Assembly: GCA_038143065.1 (NCBI GenBank)
Contig: JAYQLI010000035.1
Span: forward strand, 160,001 to 224,000
DNA from: Rhodospirillales bacterium
GTDB taxonomy: Bacteria > Pseudomonadota > Alphaproteobacteria > Bin95
DNA length: 64,000 bases
Direction of reading: 5' to 3'
Part shown: positions 31,446-42,285 of the stretch, piece by piece
Layout: the number at the start of each line of letters is the position of its first letter
How positions within the stretch are numbered: position 1 is the first letter of the stretch
The notes under the pieces: generated by a model
Seen by the model: only the letters and a program-made list of their open reading frames with translations
Told to the model about the DNA's origin: nothing
Databases searched by the model: none
Translations under genes and position numbers: made by a program

Positions 31446-32282
31446 TTAAATTTTTTCTGGAAGTGATTTTAATAAGGCTTGGCCAGTGCAGATCATATCC
31501 GCACTAGTATTTCTATACCGGTGGATTGCCTCCAGGATAAGGTTTTGTGTCTCATTAGACGGTTGGACTAAATTTTCTGGCGGTTTGGGAAGACTTGTAA
31601 AAAGTTGGCGGCCAGCAGCTACAATAGCGTTAATGGCCCGTTTTTCTGCTTCGATAACATCAGGTTTTGTGCGTCTTTTTGGAATGACTGTTGAAAGGTA
31701 GGACGCGAATTTTGGCCATCTTGCATAGTGACGGTAGAGCGCTGGAAGGAAGGGTTGGCCTGCAATAGGTACCATTAGTTCATCTACCTCGCTGCGGAGC
31801 TTCGAAGATAGTTGATCCATCATCGGTAATTCGGGCATCCCAGGTAACAGCTCTGGGTGGCTGCTCATACTTTCCTCTAACCCATTTCCAGAAGGAAGAA
31901 TTTTGTCTTTTACAATTGGTTCCAGAAGAGCTCCAGTAATCACTTTTACCGGGGAAACTCTGGCAAAGTTTTCTGCAATATTCCGAATTTCTCGCAAGCT
32001 ATCAGTGTTTATCTCCAACTCGCTTAGAAAAGAGGATGTAAGCTCGGAAAAAACTGGTGGAGCTGCGTCAGAAGCGGCTTTCCAGGCGGCGGATGGAGCG
32101 GCACCTGAGATCATTGCGGGTCTTATAATTGTCCAACCAAACTGAAGAACACCAGGAAGTGTCGCTAGGTAACGCTGCAAGGTTGACACGTAGGGCACGC
32201 CAGAGCAAAGCCGAATTTCCGCATATATCTCTTCTATTTCTCCAGAAGCATCGGCTTCAAAAAGTTCATGAAGATAACTCAT
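31446..32282 (-). CDS. DehI-like (group I haloacid dehalogenase/AhpD-related fold) hypothetical protein
   Basis: Two internal pseudo-repeats: EADASGEIEEIYAEIR..GVPYVSTLQRYLATLPGVL and FLPALYRHYARWPKF. Confidence 0.55.
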   Translation of the reverse strand: MSYLHELFEADASGEIEEIYAEIRLCSGVPYVSTLQRYLATLPGVLQFGWTIIRPAMISGAAPSAAWKAASDAAPPVFSELTSSFLSELEINTDSLREIRNIAENFARVSPVKVITGALLEPIVKDKILPSGNGLEESMSSHPELLPGMPELPMMDQLSSKLRSEVDELMVPIAGQPFLPALYRHYARWPKFASYLSTVIPKRRTKPDVIEAEKRAINAIVAAGRQLFTSLPKPPENLVQPSNETQNLILEAIHRYRNTSADMICTGQALLKSLPEKI

Positions 32283-33231
32283 GTATAATTCCATGAAGAT
32301 TTTTTTTTAAAATAATAACATGACACCCCTTTACGCCATTAACGACCTGAGAGACCCTTAAATCTCCGCAAATACTCAAAAGTGCATAGACGTCTTCTGG
32401 TGAGAGATCACTTCGACAAGTCGCAAGCTTAATCATTTCTCTCAAGGCTTGCTTTGCAGCTTGATCCAGATCAGGGTCTAGACCGAGGGTAATGTAATGA
32501 CTGTCTGTTTCTGCATAAGGCAAAGCAATTTTTTGGTCTTTGTGTAGATGAAACTCAAATGTCCCGGTCAGTGCTGTTTCTATTGCAGTTACGTTTACTT
32601 CCCCGTCGCCTTGTAGGGCATGCCCGTCACCTGCAGAAAAGTTTGCGCCATCAACAAAAACGGGAAAGAAAATTCGAGCGCCTACCCCTAATTCTTTGCA
32701 ATCTAGGTTTCCACCAAATGCTCTAGGTTCAATAGATCTAACCATTCCCCAGTTTTCAGGCGGTGCAGTACCCATGACGCCAAAGAATGGATTTAAGGGC
32801 AATTCAACTCCCCATGGTAATCGGCCTAGCATTCGGTCTTGATTCAGTGCGATATGGATTAATTTGTATTCATCAAAGTCTTCATAAAGAGCACCAGAGA
32901 GAGGCCTGATATAATTCCAGCCCCAGTCAGATCCAAGCTTAATGTCCTTCACCCGCACTTCTAAAACATCACCCACTTCTGCCCCAGCAACCTGAATTGG
33001 CCCAGTCAAAATATGGCCACCTTTAAATGGTGGCTCGAGATTTTGGTGAATGTCACTATAAGCTGGGGGTACATAAAATCCGGTTTTAGGAACTACTGTG
33101 GGCCCGCCTGAGATAGCTTCAATCACCACAGTATCTCCAGGAGAGATTTGTAATACAGGCGCAATATCAGCTGAAAAATTACCCCAGTGGCAAGTTTTGG
33201 CGCTGGCCGAAAGTAGGTGCGTTTTAGTCAT
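32266..33231 (-). CDS. Acetamidase/formamidase family protein
   Basis: GHILTGPIQVAGAEVGDVLEV, PRAFGGNLD and GDGHALQGDGEV...AIE. Confidence 0.93.
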   Translation of the reverse strand: MTKTHLLSASAKTCHWGNFSADIAPVLQISPGDTVVIEAISGGPTVVPKTGFYVPPAYSDIHQNLEPPFKGGHILTGPIQVAGAEVGDVLEVRVKDIKLGSDWGWNYIRPLSGALYEDFDEYKLIHIALNQDRMLGRLPWGVELPLNPFFGVMGTAPPENWGMVRSIEPRAFGGNLDCKELGVGARIFFPVFVDGANFSAGDGHALQGDGEVNVTAIETALTGTFEFHLHKDQKIALPYAETDSHYITLGLDPDLDQAAKQALREMIKLATCRSDLSPEDVYALLSICGDLRVSQVVNGVKGCHVIILKKNLHGIIHELSS

Positions 33232-33437
33232 ATTTTTTTATGCCATTAGAAATGTTGCAGCTTTGATTAATCTTTGAGTCGAGTTTGGTGTAGACGTCTG
33301 TGTCTATCATAACAATGAAATTTTCTCTTAGGTAACAGGCACTATTCAGGCTTCCATTTCAGATGACGTTTTGAATTGTAATTAGCAATTTCCCCTAATT
33401 TTTTAGTTAGATCGGTCATAAGTTTCTTAAAATTAAC

Positions 33438-34299
33438 TTAATTCGTCCGAGATTTTTTGAGCCAAAGTGAAGTTTCCAACGCGCCATTAGGGGCAGGTGG
33501 AAGATCAGAAAAAAGATCTTCAATAGTGTTTTTCATATGCATGCGGGCAAATTGGTTTGCAGCAATTATTTGATAACTCCCCCCTGCGAGCATAGTCCCT
33601 AAGGCGTTCTGTTCGTTATAGCCTCGCCAGTCCCAGTGAGAGGGGTAGGGTGAAGGCAGAAAGATGTCATGGATATGGATGAATACACCCACTGGTAAGA
33701 TGGGCAGTACTCGGTTGAAGAGAATGTCTACGTCTGAACCAGGCATAAGGATATGGCTGGAGTCTATGAAAAGGATGTCGCCTTTCTTCAGTTTTTTAAA
33801 AATATCTAAAGGCGTTGACTGCACACTTTCTAGCCTAATTTCTACGCGGTCCGTCAACGCGCTGATATCGGCTCTTGGTGCTGGATCGATGGCAATGATC
33901 TTGCCTTCTATTTCTCCATCAACCAGCGCTTGTGCAGTAAACCTTGTTGAATGACCACTGCCTATTTCCACAATTAGATTTGGCTGTTGTGTTCTTACCA
34001 AGCCATACAGCACAGCTGCATCAAGTCCTGGAAACCAATCTTGGTTAAATCGAGGAAAAGGAGGGGGGCTATTTCCTAAAAATCTGCGCCAGGTCTCACT
34101 GAACTGTGCGACTTTTTCTAAGGTGAGGGTTATCTCAGTTTGTGCCGCCAGGAAAATATCTGCAGGGTAATTTATGTCTGGTGAAGGTGATGTATTGATA
34201 TAGCGATAGGGTATAAACCATCCGCGTCTTAGCAATACCTAGTGCGTGCTCTAATTGAAATCGCTTGAAGCGAAAGTGTCTGCGGAACTCCAGTTTCAA
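33438..34299 (-). CDS. Class I SAM-dependent methyltransferase (Methyltransf_24-like; probable indel near 34230)
   Basis: IVEIGSGHST, DILFIDSSH and HIHDIFLP. Probable TTG start at 34299 overlaps the upstream TGA. Confidence 0.82.
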
Positions 34300-35132
34300 A
34301 GGGTCAATGTCTCGCCTTCAAGAGCAGCAATAGTTCCAGGGCGGCGCTTGGATGCTTCAGAAACAATTTTGTCCATTTCCTCATCCGTTCGAGATGGGTC
34401 GTGGTGGAATAAGACTAGCTGTTTTGCGCTTGCCATATTGGCCAACTTTATTCCTTCCTCCCAAGTGGAATGGCCCCAGTCTGGTCGAAATGGTCCTTAA
34501 ATTCCTTCTTCAGTGAACATTGCATCATAAATTACAATGTCAGCATCGTGCATTAATTTCAGAGCGTTGCTATTAGGATCGCCTGGTACGTGAGCCGTAT
34601 CTGTAACCACTGCGATAGATTTGCCTGCAAATTCAATTCTATATCCAGTAGCCCTGCCAGGATGATCTAGCGGTGCTGTTTTGACCGTTATTTCTGGCGT
34701 TAGAGAAATTGTTGAATTTTCGTCGAAGTCGATGAACGACACCTTTGCTTGAAAGACAACTGGTGGAACGGGGAAAAGTGGATCTGACATTAGGTGGCGG
34801 CATGCACCTTCTAAAGACCGCTCCGGAAGCAAATGCCCCGCCCAAAAACGAATTGTATTTTGTGGATTATAAGCAGGAGCGAAAAACGGCAGGCCGACAA
34901 GATGATCCATGTGGGTGTGAGTAAACAGTAGGTCAAGGTTTTTGCCTTTACCTTCCTGAGCTAACTTCACTCCTAATCGCCGGATGCCGGTCCCGGCGTC
35001 AATTATAACCGTATGATCGTCACACTGTATTTCGATACACGGTGTATTACCGCCATAGCGTTGTGTGCTGGGGCCCGGAGAGGCAATACTACCTCGCACC
35101 CCCCAAAAGGTCACAGAAATTTGCGGACTCAA
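34296..35132 (-). CDS. MBL-fold metallo-hydrolase (indel near 34500)
   Basis: FWGVRGSIASPG, YGGNTPC, THTHMDH and HPGRATGYR. C-terminal WGHSTW...FHHDP...EGETLTL* is in a shifted frame ending at TGA 34296. Confidence 0.9.
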
Positions 35133-35200
35133 GACTTACTCCACTTACGATCCAAGAGTCATCGTATACTTGCAGTTTCAAAACACTCATCGGGGACTGT

Positions 35201-35218
35201 ATAGATTGCACAATCTAT
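35201..35218. promoter_or_regulatory. Perfect inverted repeat, candidate operator
   Basis: ATAGATTG-CA-CAATCTAT in the divergent promoter region between the MBL hydrolase and the FAD oxidoreductase operon. Confidence 0.55.
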
Positions 35219-35366
35219 GACAAGACACGGAATTCTCTGCAAATAACTCTCCGCCTTCATAACAAAGTTTCTATTTGTTAAAAAAATTGGGAAGATTGTG
35301 ACTCCACATACTTCCAATCACAGGGCAATATTTAAAGCCCAGTAATGAATTTGGAGCGGCTTGGTG

Positions 35367-36659
35367 ATGGCTGCACCTACAGAGAGTTTCTCGAGAAATT
35401 TTTGGTCTCATACTGCTGAGGCTCCGCCCGATACCCCCTCTTTATTAGGGGCGCATCGTTCTGATGTGACTGTAATTGGAGGTGGTTACACAGGTCTATC
35501 GACGGCTCTACATTTAGCAAAGAATGGCGTTAATGTTCGTGTGCTGGAGGCTGAACAAGTGGGTTTTGGCGCATCTGGCCGTAATAACGGACAGGTTATT
35601 CCGGCATATTCACGGCATAATCCGGATGATATCGAGCGAATATTGGGCAAAGATGCTGGCAGGAGTTTGAATGACTGGGTTGCGTCCTCAGCTGATTTAG
35701 TTTTCGACCTCATTCGACAGTATGATATCCATTGCGAGGCAGCACAGAACGGATGGCTGCAGCCAGCTCACAGACAAAGTAGAATGAAGGGAGTTAAAAA
35801 AAAGCAAGCTTCTTGGGAGGCAATAGGTCAACCAACACGTTTATTAACTGGCGAAGAGACTGTTCAACTCACTGGCTCACCAATTTATTGTCATGGGGGC
35901 AGGGTTCATGAACGTGGCGGTCATATCCAGCCTCTTGGCTATGCTCGCGGTTTAGCTCGTGCAGCAATAGCTGAGGGTGCAAAAGTTCATGGGGCTTCGC
36001 CTGCTATCTCTGTTAATAGAATTGAGGGATATTGGCGAGTTGAGACCGGTGCGGGTCACATAGATAGCGATAATCTCGTGTTCGCCACCAATGGTTATAC
36101 GGAAGCGCTCTGGCCTAAATTGCGGCAAACTATTGTGCCTTTCCGAACATTTCATGCGGCCACTTCACCTATTACGGATAATATTGCTAGAAGTATTTTG
36201 CCGGAAAACCACGGCTTTTCAGATACCAGACAAGCGTTATGGGCTTTTCGGAAGGATTTTGGGAATCGACTTATAACAACAGCAGCACCCATCGTGCCGT
36301 TAGGAGCAGAGGGCAAAATTAATGCTTCAACTAAGACGCGGCTATTAAAAGTATTTCCTCAAATCGGTGATATAGAAATCGAGTATATTTGGCAGGGATG
36401 GATTGCGATGACGCCGGAGCGCCTCCCTCGTTTGCACGAGCTGGCACGCGGCGTTTTCGCGGGAATGGGTTATTCTGGTCGCGGTATTGCCATGGCAACA
36501 GCTATGGGGAAATCTATTGCTGAAAGAATATCTGGAGCTCCATTAGATGCGATAGGGCCATTACCAGTTCCAATTAAGGTTTTACCAATGCATGACGTCA
36601 TTTCTCCGTTAAGTAGAGCTATGATCGGAATGTATCGATGGAAGGATAATCGAGATTAA
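35367..36659 (+). CDS. FAD-dependent oxidoreductase (DAO/PuuB-like)
   Basis: VIGGGYTGLSTA, GFGASGRNNG, HIQPLGYARGLA and GYSGRGIA. Confidence 0.9.
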   Translation: MAAPTESFSRNFWSHTAEAPPDTPSLLGAHRSDVTVIGGGYTGLSTALHLAKNGVNVRVLEAEQVGFGASGRNNGQVIPAYSRHNPDDIERILGKDAGRSLNDWVASSADLVFDLIRQYDIHCEAAQNGWLQPAHRQSRMKGVKKKQASWEAIGQPTRLLTGEETVQLTGSPIYCHGGRVHERGGHIQPLGYARGLARAAIAEGAKVHGASPAISVNRIEGYWRVETGAGHIDSDNLVFATNGYTEALWPKLRQTIVPFRTFHAATSPITDNIARSILPENHGFSDTRQALWAFRKDFGNRLITTAAPIVPLGAEGKINASTKTRLLKVFPQIGDIEIEYIWQGWIAMTPERLPRLHELARGVFAGMGYSGRGIAMATAMGKSIAERISGAPLDAIGPLPVPIKVLPMHDVISPLSRAMIGMYRWKDNRD

Positions 36660-36660
36660 T

Positions 36661-37632
36661 ATGAAAAAGTTGTTGCAGAACTCTCTCGGTAAAACTGGTC
36701 TCAAAATCCCAGAGTTGATCCTTGGTGGAGGCTTTGTAGGAGGGGTAATGATCCACTCTGATAAAGCCACGCAAGAACAGGCCATCCATCGTTGCCTTGA
36801 GGTTGGGTCTGACTGGATTGATACAGCTCAAATGTATGGTGGCGGAGAGTCCGAAACCAATATTGGAGAAGTGTTGGCGGGAATGCCTGCAGCACATCGA
36901 CCTCGTGTTTCAACTAAAATTGCTCTTTCTCCTGAGGATTTGCATGATGTGAATAGCTCTGTTCGACGTGCGGTTGAAGCTAGCTTGAAAAGATTAAAAT
37001 TGGATAAAGTTGAGGTCTACCAGCTTCACAATCGTATTGGTGGTGGAGACAGTAACTGGCTATCAACCTACGATATTCTCAAACCAGGCGGTGTTGCAGA
37101 TGCTTTTCAATATATTAAGGAAGCCGGTCTCGCAGATCACGTGGGTATAACAGCTCTCGGTGAGCCAAATTCTGTTCGGGATGTGATTGCAAGTGAAAGG
37201 TTTGAAACTGCACAAGTTTATTACAACCTGCTGAATCCTTCCGCGGGTAAAAACGTTTCTCCAAATTTTGGAACAACTGATTTTCGGGGGATCCTTGGTG
37301 CTTGTTATGCACATGGACTGGGTGTCTTTGGGATACGAATCTTAGCTGCAGGAGTGCTGGCAACCAATGAACGTCATGGGCGTGAAATACCCATAACTGA
37401 AAATTCTGATCCTGACGCAGAAACGGCAAGAGCAGATGCAGCATGGCAAGTGCTTGGCAAACGAGATGAGGACCATGCTGCAACCGCAATTCGATATGCT
37501 TTAGCAGAACAAAAGATCTCAACCTCAATTTTTGGGGCAGCCAGTCTTCAACATATTGATGTTGCCTTGTCCGCTGCATTTGATGGGCCTTTGGAAGCTG
37601 AAGCCATCAATAAAATAGACAGTTTGCTTTAG
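36661..37632 (+). CDS. Aldo/keto reductase
   Basis: LGKTGLKI, WIDTAQMYGGGESE and SLKRLKLDKVEVYQLHN. Confidence 0.9.
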   Translation: MKKLLQNSLGKTGLKIPELILGGGFVGGVMIHSDKATQEQAIHRCLEVGSDWIDTAQMYGGGESETNIGEVLAGMPAAHRPRVSTKIALSPEDLHDVNSSVRRAVEASLKRLKLDKVEVYQLHNRIGGGDSNWLSTYDILKPGGVADAFQYIKEAGLADHVGITALGEPNSVRDVIASERFETAQVYYNLLNPSAGKNVSPNFGTTDFRGILGACYAHGLGVFGIRILAAGVLATNERHGREIPITENSDPDAETARADAAWQVLGKRDEDHAATAIRYALAEQKISTSIFGAASLQHIDVALSAAFDGPLEAEAINKIDSLL

Positions 37633-37641
37633 GAGTAATTT

Positions 37642-38562
37642 ATGTCCCGACCTGCATACCAGCCAATTGAGCATCATAATCGGTTTTCATACTCAAATAT
37701 CCTAGAAAGGCCGCGTTATGACTGGCCAAACGGCACGCGACTAGCCGTTTTTACAGCTCTTAACATGGAAGTTTTTAGGTTTGGAAAAGGCAAAGGTGCT
37801 GGGATTGCCCCTCCTGAGCAAGCAAATAGTGAGAGTGTTTTTTCGTGGCGCGAATATGGAAACCGGGTTGGTTTTTGGCGACTAATGGAAATGTTCGACG
37901 ATTTTAATGTTCCATTACAGGCTCAATTTAATACTGCTCTGTACGATCATGCGCCAGATATTGCAGCTAAGTTTAGATCGCGACGTGATGAGTTTCTCGG
38001 CCATGGACACACAAATTCGGATGAACAAGGTAAGTGGTCAGAAGCTGAAGAAAAAGCTCTGATTGAAAGTTGTCGAGACCGTATCAGTGAAGAGGAGGGG
38101 AACCCTCCGACTGGTTGGATGAGTCCTTGGCTTTCCAATTCCTCGGTGACGCCGGATTTATTGCAAGAAGCAGGTTACAAGTATTTTATGGACTGGACGA
38201 CTGACGATCAACCAATCTGGTTTAAAACGCGGTCTGGGGAGCGCATTTTATCGATGCCATATCCAGTAGAGTGCAACGATAATCGTGCTCTGGTTTTCTT
38301 TCGATACACGAGTCAAGAATTTGCAGACATGTTGATCGATCAGTTCGACGAAATGTTGCGACAGGCAGAAAATGGGACGCCAGTTGTTTGTCCTATCTCT
38401 CTCCATCCTTTTAGCGTTGGTCGTCCATATCGAATGCCTGCTATGCGACGGGTTTACGAGCATATTTTAAAACACCAGGATAAGATTTGGATGACTACAC
38501 CTGGAGAAATTTGCAAGCATATAGAAAGCTTGCCGTTGGGAACTGTACCTGGTGACGCTTAA
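37642..38562 (+). CDS. Polysaccharide deacetylase (CE4) family, PuuE/allantoinase-like
   Basis: DWPNGTRLAV, REYGNRVGFWRL, EFLGHG, GWMSPW and ISLHPF..GRPYR. Confidence 0.88.
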   Translation: MSRPAYQPIEHHNRFSYSNILERPRYDWPNGTRLAVFTALNMEVFRFGKGKGAGIAPPEQANSESVFSWREYGNRVGFWRLMEMFDDFNVPLQAQFNTALYDHAPDIAAKFRSRRDEFLGHGHTNSDEQGKWSEAEEKALIESCRDRISEEEGNPPTGWMSPWLSNSSVTPDLLQEAGYKYFMDWTTDDQPIWFKTRSGERILSMPYPVECNDNRALVFFRYTSQEFADMLIDQFDEMLRQAENGTPVVCPISLHPFSVGRPYRMPAMRRVYEHILKHQDKIWMTTPGEICKHIESLPLGTVPGDA

Positions 38563-38586
38563 TTATTGATATTGGAGACAAAGGGC

Positions 38587-39340
38587 ATGGGGTTATTAGA
38601 CGGACATTTAGCACTTGTGACTGGTGGCGGTTCCGGTATTGGTCGAGGGATAGCGCAAGGTTATTCGAGAGAGGGTGCTAAAGTAATTGTAGCTGATATC
38701 AATGTTGCAGGTGCAGAAGAAACGGCCCGCCTTGTGGAGGATGCCGGGGGAAGCATGGGCAATAGAACTCGATGTAGCCAACATGCAGGCTGTCCAATCT
38801 GTTGCTCGAAAGGTGGAAGCGGATATTGGGCCAATTTCTGTGTTGGTAAACAACGCTGGTATTGTGAGGCGGGCTACTATCGATAGCACTACTGCTATAG
38901 ATGACTGGAATGATACTGTTGCAATCAATATTTCTGGTCTTTTTAACTGCGTGCACAGCTTTCAAGATCAGTTGAAATCAACAAAAGGCCGGGTGATAAA
39001 TTTGGGTTCGATTCAGAGTTTTGTGCATACGGCTAATTCGGTTGCTTACACGACATCAAAAGGTGCAGTAAAAAATTTCACTATTGGTATGGCAGCAGAA
39101 CTTGCTCCCTTTGGAGTAAGAGTTAATGCAATTGGCCCAGGTCTGATCTTCACGCCTCTGAATGAGAAAGGGATCCAACAAAATCCCGAAATGTTAGAGC
39201 GTTTTATGCGGCATATCCCTATGGGGCGGCCTGGTACACCTGATGATATTGTTGGTCCAGCAATTTTTTTGGCTAGCGATCTTTCCCAATATGTAACTGG
39301 TGTCCTAATTCCCAGTGATGGAGGCTACTTAACAGTCTGA
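38587..39340 (+). CDS. Short-chain dehydrogenase/reductase (indel near 38750)
   Basis: LVTGGGSGIG, VNNAG, YTTSK and VRVNAIGPG. Confidence 0.92.
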
Positions 39341-39396
39341 TCTCCAAATTAGCTATTGATATAGACTTTGACGCCGCTTCTATCTGCTTCGATGCT

Positions 39397-41072
39397 TTAT
39401 GTCTGTTTCTCAAACTGACGGCAGATTAAGGCAACGGGCAGCAGCCCAATTGCTAGAATAATAAGAGACGGTAAGGCCGCCTCATATAATCGTTCATCTG
39501 CTGCAAGCCTATGTGCTTGAACCGCTAGGGTGTCCCAATTAAACGGCCTTAAAATTAAGGTTGCAGGCAACTCTTTCATTACATCCACGAAAACAATAAG
39601 GGCAGCGGTAAGAAGACTAGGCGCAAGAATTGGTATGTGAACACGCCAAAGAATAGAGATAGAGGAATGGCCAAGAGTGCTGGCCGCAGCGTCGATATTT
39701 TTACTAATGGTCACTTCGCCTGCCTCAAAAGCATTAATTGCAGCTGCAAGAAAGCGAGTCATATAGGCAAGTATAAGCAGTGTTATAGATCCGGTGAGCA
39801 GTAACCCAGTAGAAATATTAAACACAGATCGCATCCATGCATCTAAAAAGTTATCGATTGCAGCGAATGGGAATAAGAGACCAACAGCTATAACACCGCC
39901 AGGGACAGCATACCCAAGTCTCGTAATTGAGGAGATTGCACTCGTATAGGTGCTAGGATTCAACCGACGGCAGTATCCAATAATTGCCGCAGCCAGCACT
40001 GTCATACTGCTCGCGATCGCCGCCAGAGTGACTGAATTAACTATAAAGTCGAGATAGCGGGGTTGCAGAGAAACTTGAAAAGACGTTGCCGCCATTATCA
40101 AAAGGGGGATTGATGGACCTGCAAAGCCCAAAATAAATGGCACGAAACATAAGCACCATGCCACACAAGCTTTTTTGCCGCTCAACCTTGAAGAAGGGGG
40201 GATGTTGGAGGGTCCTAGTCTGTTATATGCAGCCTCGTTTGATCGTGTAATCCGTTCAAGAAAGATGAGAAGTAAAGAGAAGCAGAGAAGTCCTAATGCA
40301 AGCTGTGCCGCTCCCGCTCTGTCATCCATTGAAAACCAACTTGTATAAATTCCAGTTGCGAAGGTCTGCACTCCAAAATATGAGACCGTTCCGAAGTCAG
40401 CTATGGTTTCCATTACTACTAAAAGGACGCCTCCTGCGATTGCTGGACGGGTCATGGCAATGTAACAGTTAAGAATGCGGAAATTGGTCCCTTGCCGAGG
40501 GTGCGGGCAGTTTCAAATCCCCGCAAACCTTGTTGGATGAAAGCGGCTCTAGCAAGGAGGTAAACGTACGGATAAAGTACAAGCGTTAGCATCAGGGCAG
40601 CGCCACCTAAGGATCTAATTTCAGGGAACCAATATTCCTTTGGACCCAGAACAAAGGTGTCTCTTAAGAATGCTTGAACTACACCAGGATGATCAAACAC
40701 GTGAGTATAGGCATAGGCAAGAATATAAGCAGGAAATGCAAGTGGCAGCACTAACGATAATTGAAAAAATCTGCGCCCTGGAAAGTCATAGGCAGTTACC
40801 AGCCAAGCTGCACCAACACCAATAAAGAATGCTCCTGCAGCTACTAGGACAGAAAGTTGAATAGTCGAGATTATATAGTCTGTGAGGACGGAGCTTACTA
40901 AGTGATTGAGGGTTGTCGTTTCTGCAGAAAACGCGGCAAATACAACCATTAGCATTGGAAGACAGCAAGCAATGCTAATAAAAGTTGCCAGTCCCGTAAT
41001 CCACGCGCGCCAATTCATACTCGCTCGCGGAGTATGATCCTGTGTTGATTTGTGTGTGGCCGGATTGGCCAT
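39397..41072 (-). CDS. fbpB: Fe(III) ABC transporter permease FbpB/FutB (indel near 40453)
   Basis: PLAFPAYILAY, LYPYVYLLAR, METIADFGTV, GYAVPG and MKELPATLILRP. Confidence 0.9.
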
Positions 41073-41188
41073 ATGGTTAAGTCTCCAAACTTTTTAGAAA
41101 CGTTAGAAGTCCGTCTTATTCAAAAAATTTTTGCCTTGAGTCATCAAATTTATGTCAAAAGGGGCTATTAATTCCTATATACAATGCG

Positions 41189-41207
41189 AATGAGAATAGT
41201 TATCATT
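41189..41207. promoter_or_regulatory. Fur-box-like operator
   Basis: AATGAGAATAGTTATCATT. The core TGAGAAT-A-GTTATCA has 2 mismatches to the 7-1-7 TGATAATnATTATCA consensus and lies between divergent iron ABC genes. Confidence 0.7.
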
Positions 41208-41249
41208 TGTAAGTATTGGAAGAGCTTCCGTTCAGTTTTGGAGAAAAAT

Positions 41250-42284
41250 ATGCCGGTGGGTTATCCGCTTGTTGCCCGCATTGCTATCATTCTTGTCATG
41301 GTCGCGAGTAGCTTTCATACAGCTACCTCTGCGGAAGAGTTAAATCTTTACTCCTCTAGGCATTATGAGACTGACGATAGGCTGTTCACAGATTTTGAAA
41401 AACAGACAGGTATCCGAATAAATCGTATTGAAGGTAACGCAGATGAACTGATTGCCAGAATGCGGGCAGAGGGTCGCAATTCTCCCGCTGATATTTTGTT
41501 GGCAGTAGATACCTCTAGGCTTCAAAGAGCAAAGGTTGCTGGAGTGCTTCAGCAGATAAATAGTCAGGTTCTTGAAACCCGTATTCCTGGATACCTCCAA
41601 GATAACGAAAATTATTGGTTTGGCTTTTCTATGCGCGCACGAATAATTTTCTATGATAAGAAGGATATCAGTAATCCACCCCGGACATATTTAGAGCTCG
41701 CGGATAATCAATACAAAGGTCAGGTATGCAGTCGCTCAGCTACTAACTCGTATACTCAGACGCTACTGGCAGCCATCATTCAAAATCATGGAAAGAAAAT
41801 AGCTAAGAAGTGGGCTGCAGGCGTCGTAGAAAATTTTGCTCGTGCACCGCAGGGTGGTAACACAGACCAATTGCGAGCATTAATTTCAGGAGAATGTGAT
41901 ATCTCCCTTTCCAATACTTATTACTTTGCTCGATCGCTTCGCATCTCAGTAAAAGGTTTATCTGGAAAGGGGCAGTCAGATATTGGCTGGGTATTTCCAT
42001 CACAGGCTGCTGAAGGCGCCCATATGAACTTGTCAGGTGGAGGAGTGGCTGCTCATGCCCCAAATAAAGCTAATGCTGTGAAGTTTCTAGAATATCTTAC
42101 AAGTGATAAGGCTCAAGAACATTTCTCTGCGGGTAATGATGAATATCCAGCCGTACCGGGCGTTTCAGTCAGTCCATCAGTTGCGGCGCTAGGCTTTTTT
42201 AAGCCTGACGACATAGACCTGTCGGAAGTGGCAAAAAATATACCTGCAGCGCAAGTCATATTTAATGAGGTAGGTTGGAAGTAG
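41250..42284 (+). CDS. fbpA: Fe(III) ABC transporter substrate-binding protein FbpA/FutA
   Basis: LNLYSSRHY, SPADIL, PQGGNTDQL and the NTYY twin-tyrosine motif. GGAGA RBS before ATG 41250. Confidence 0.92.
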   Translation: MPVGYPLVARIAIILVMVASSFHTATSAEELNLYSSRHYETDDRLFTDFEKQTGIRINRIEGNADELIARMRAEGRNSPADILLAVDTSRLQRAKVAGVLQQINSQVLETRIPGYLQDNENYWFGFSMRARIIFYDKKDISNPPRTYLELADNQYKGQVCSRSATNSYTQTLLAAIIQNHGKKIAKKWAAGVVENFARAPQGGNTDQLRALISGECDISLSNTYYFARSLRISVKGLSGKGQSDIGWVFPSQAAEGAHMNLSGGGVAAHAPNKANAVKFLEYLTSDKAQEHFSAGNDEYPAVPGVSVSPSVAALGFFKPDDIDLSEVAKNIPAAQVIFNEVGWK

Positions 42285-42285
42285 A

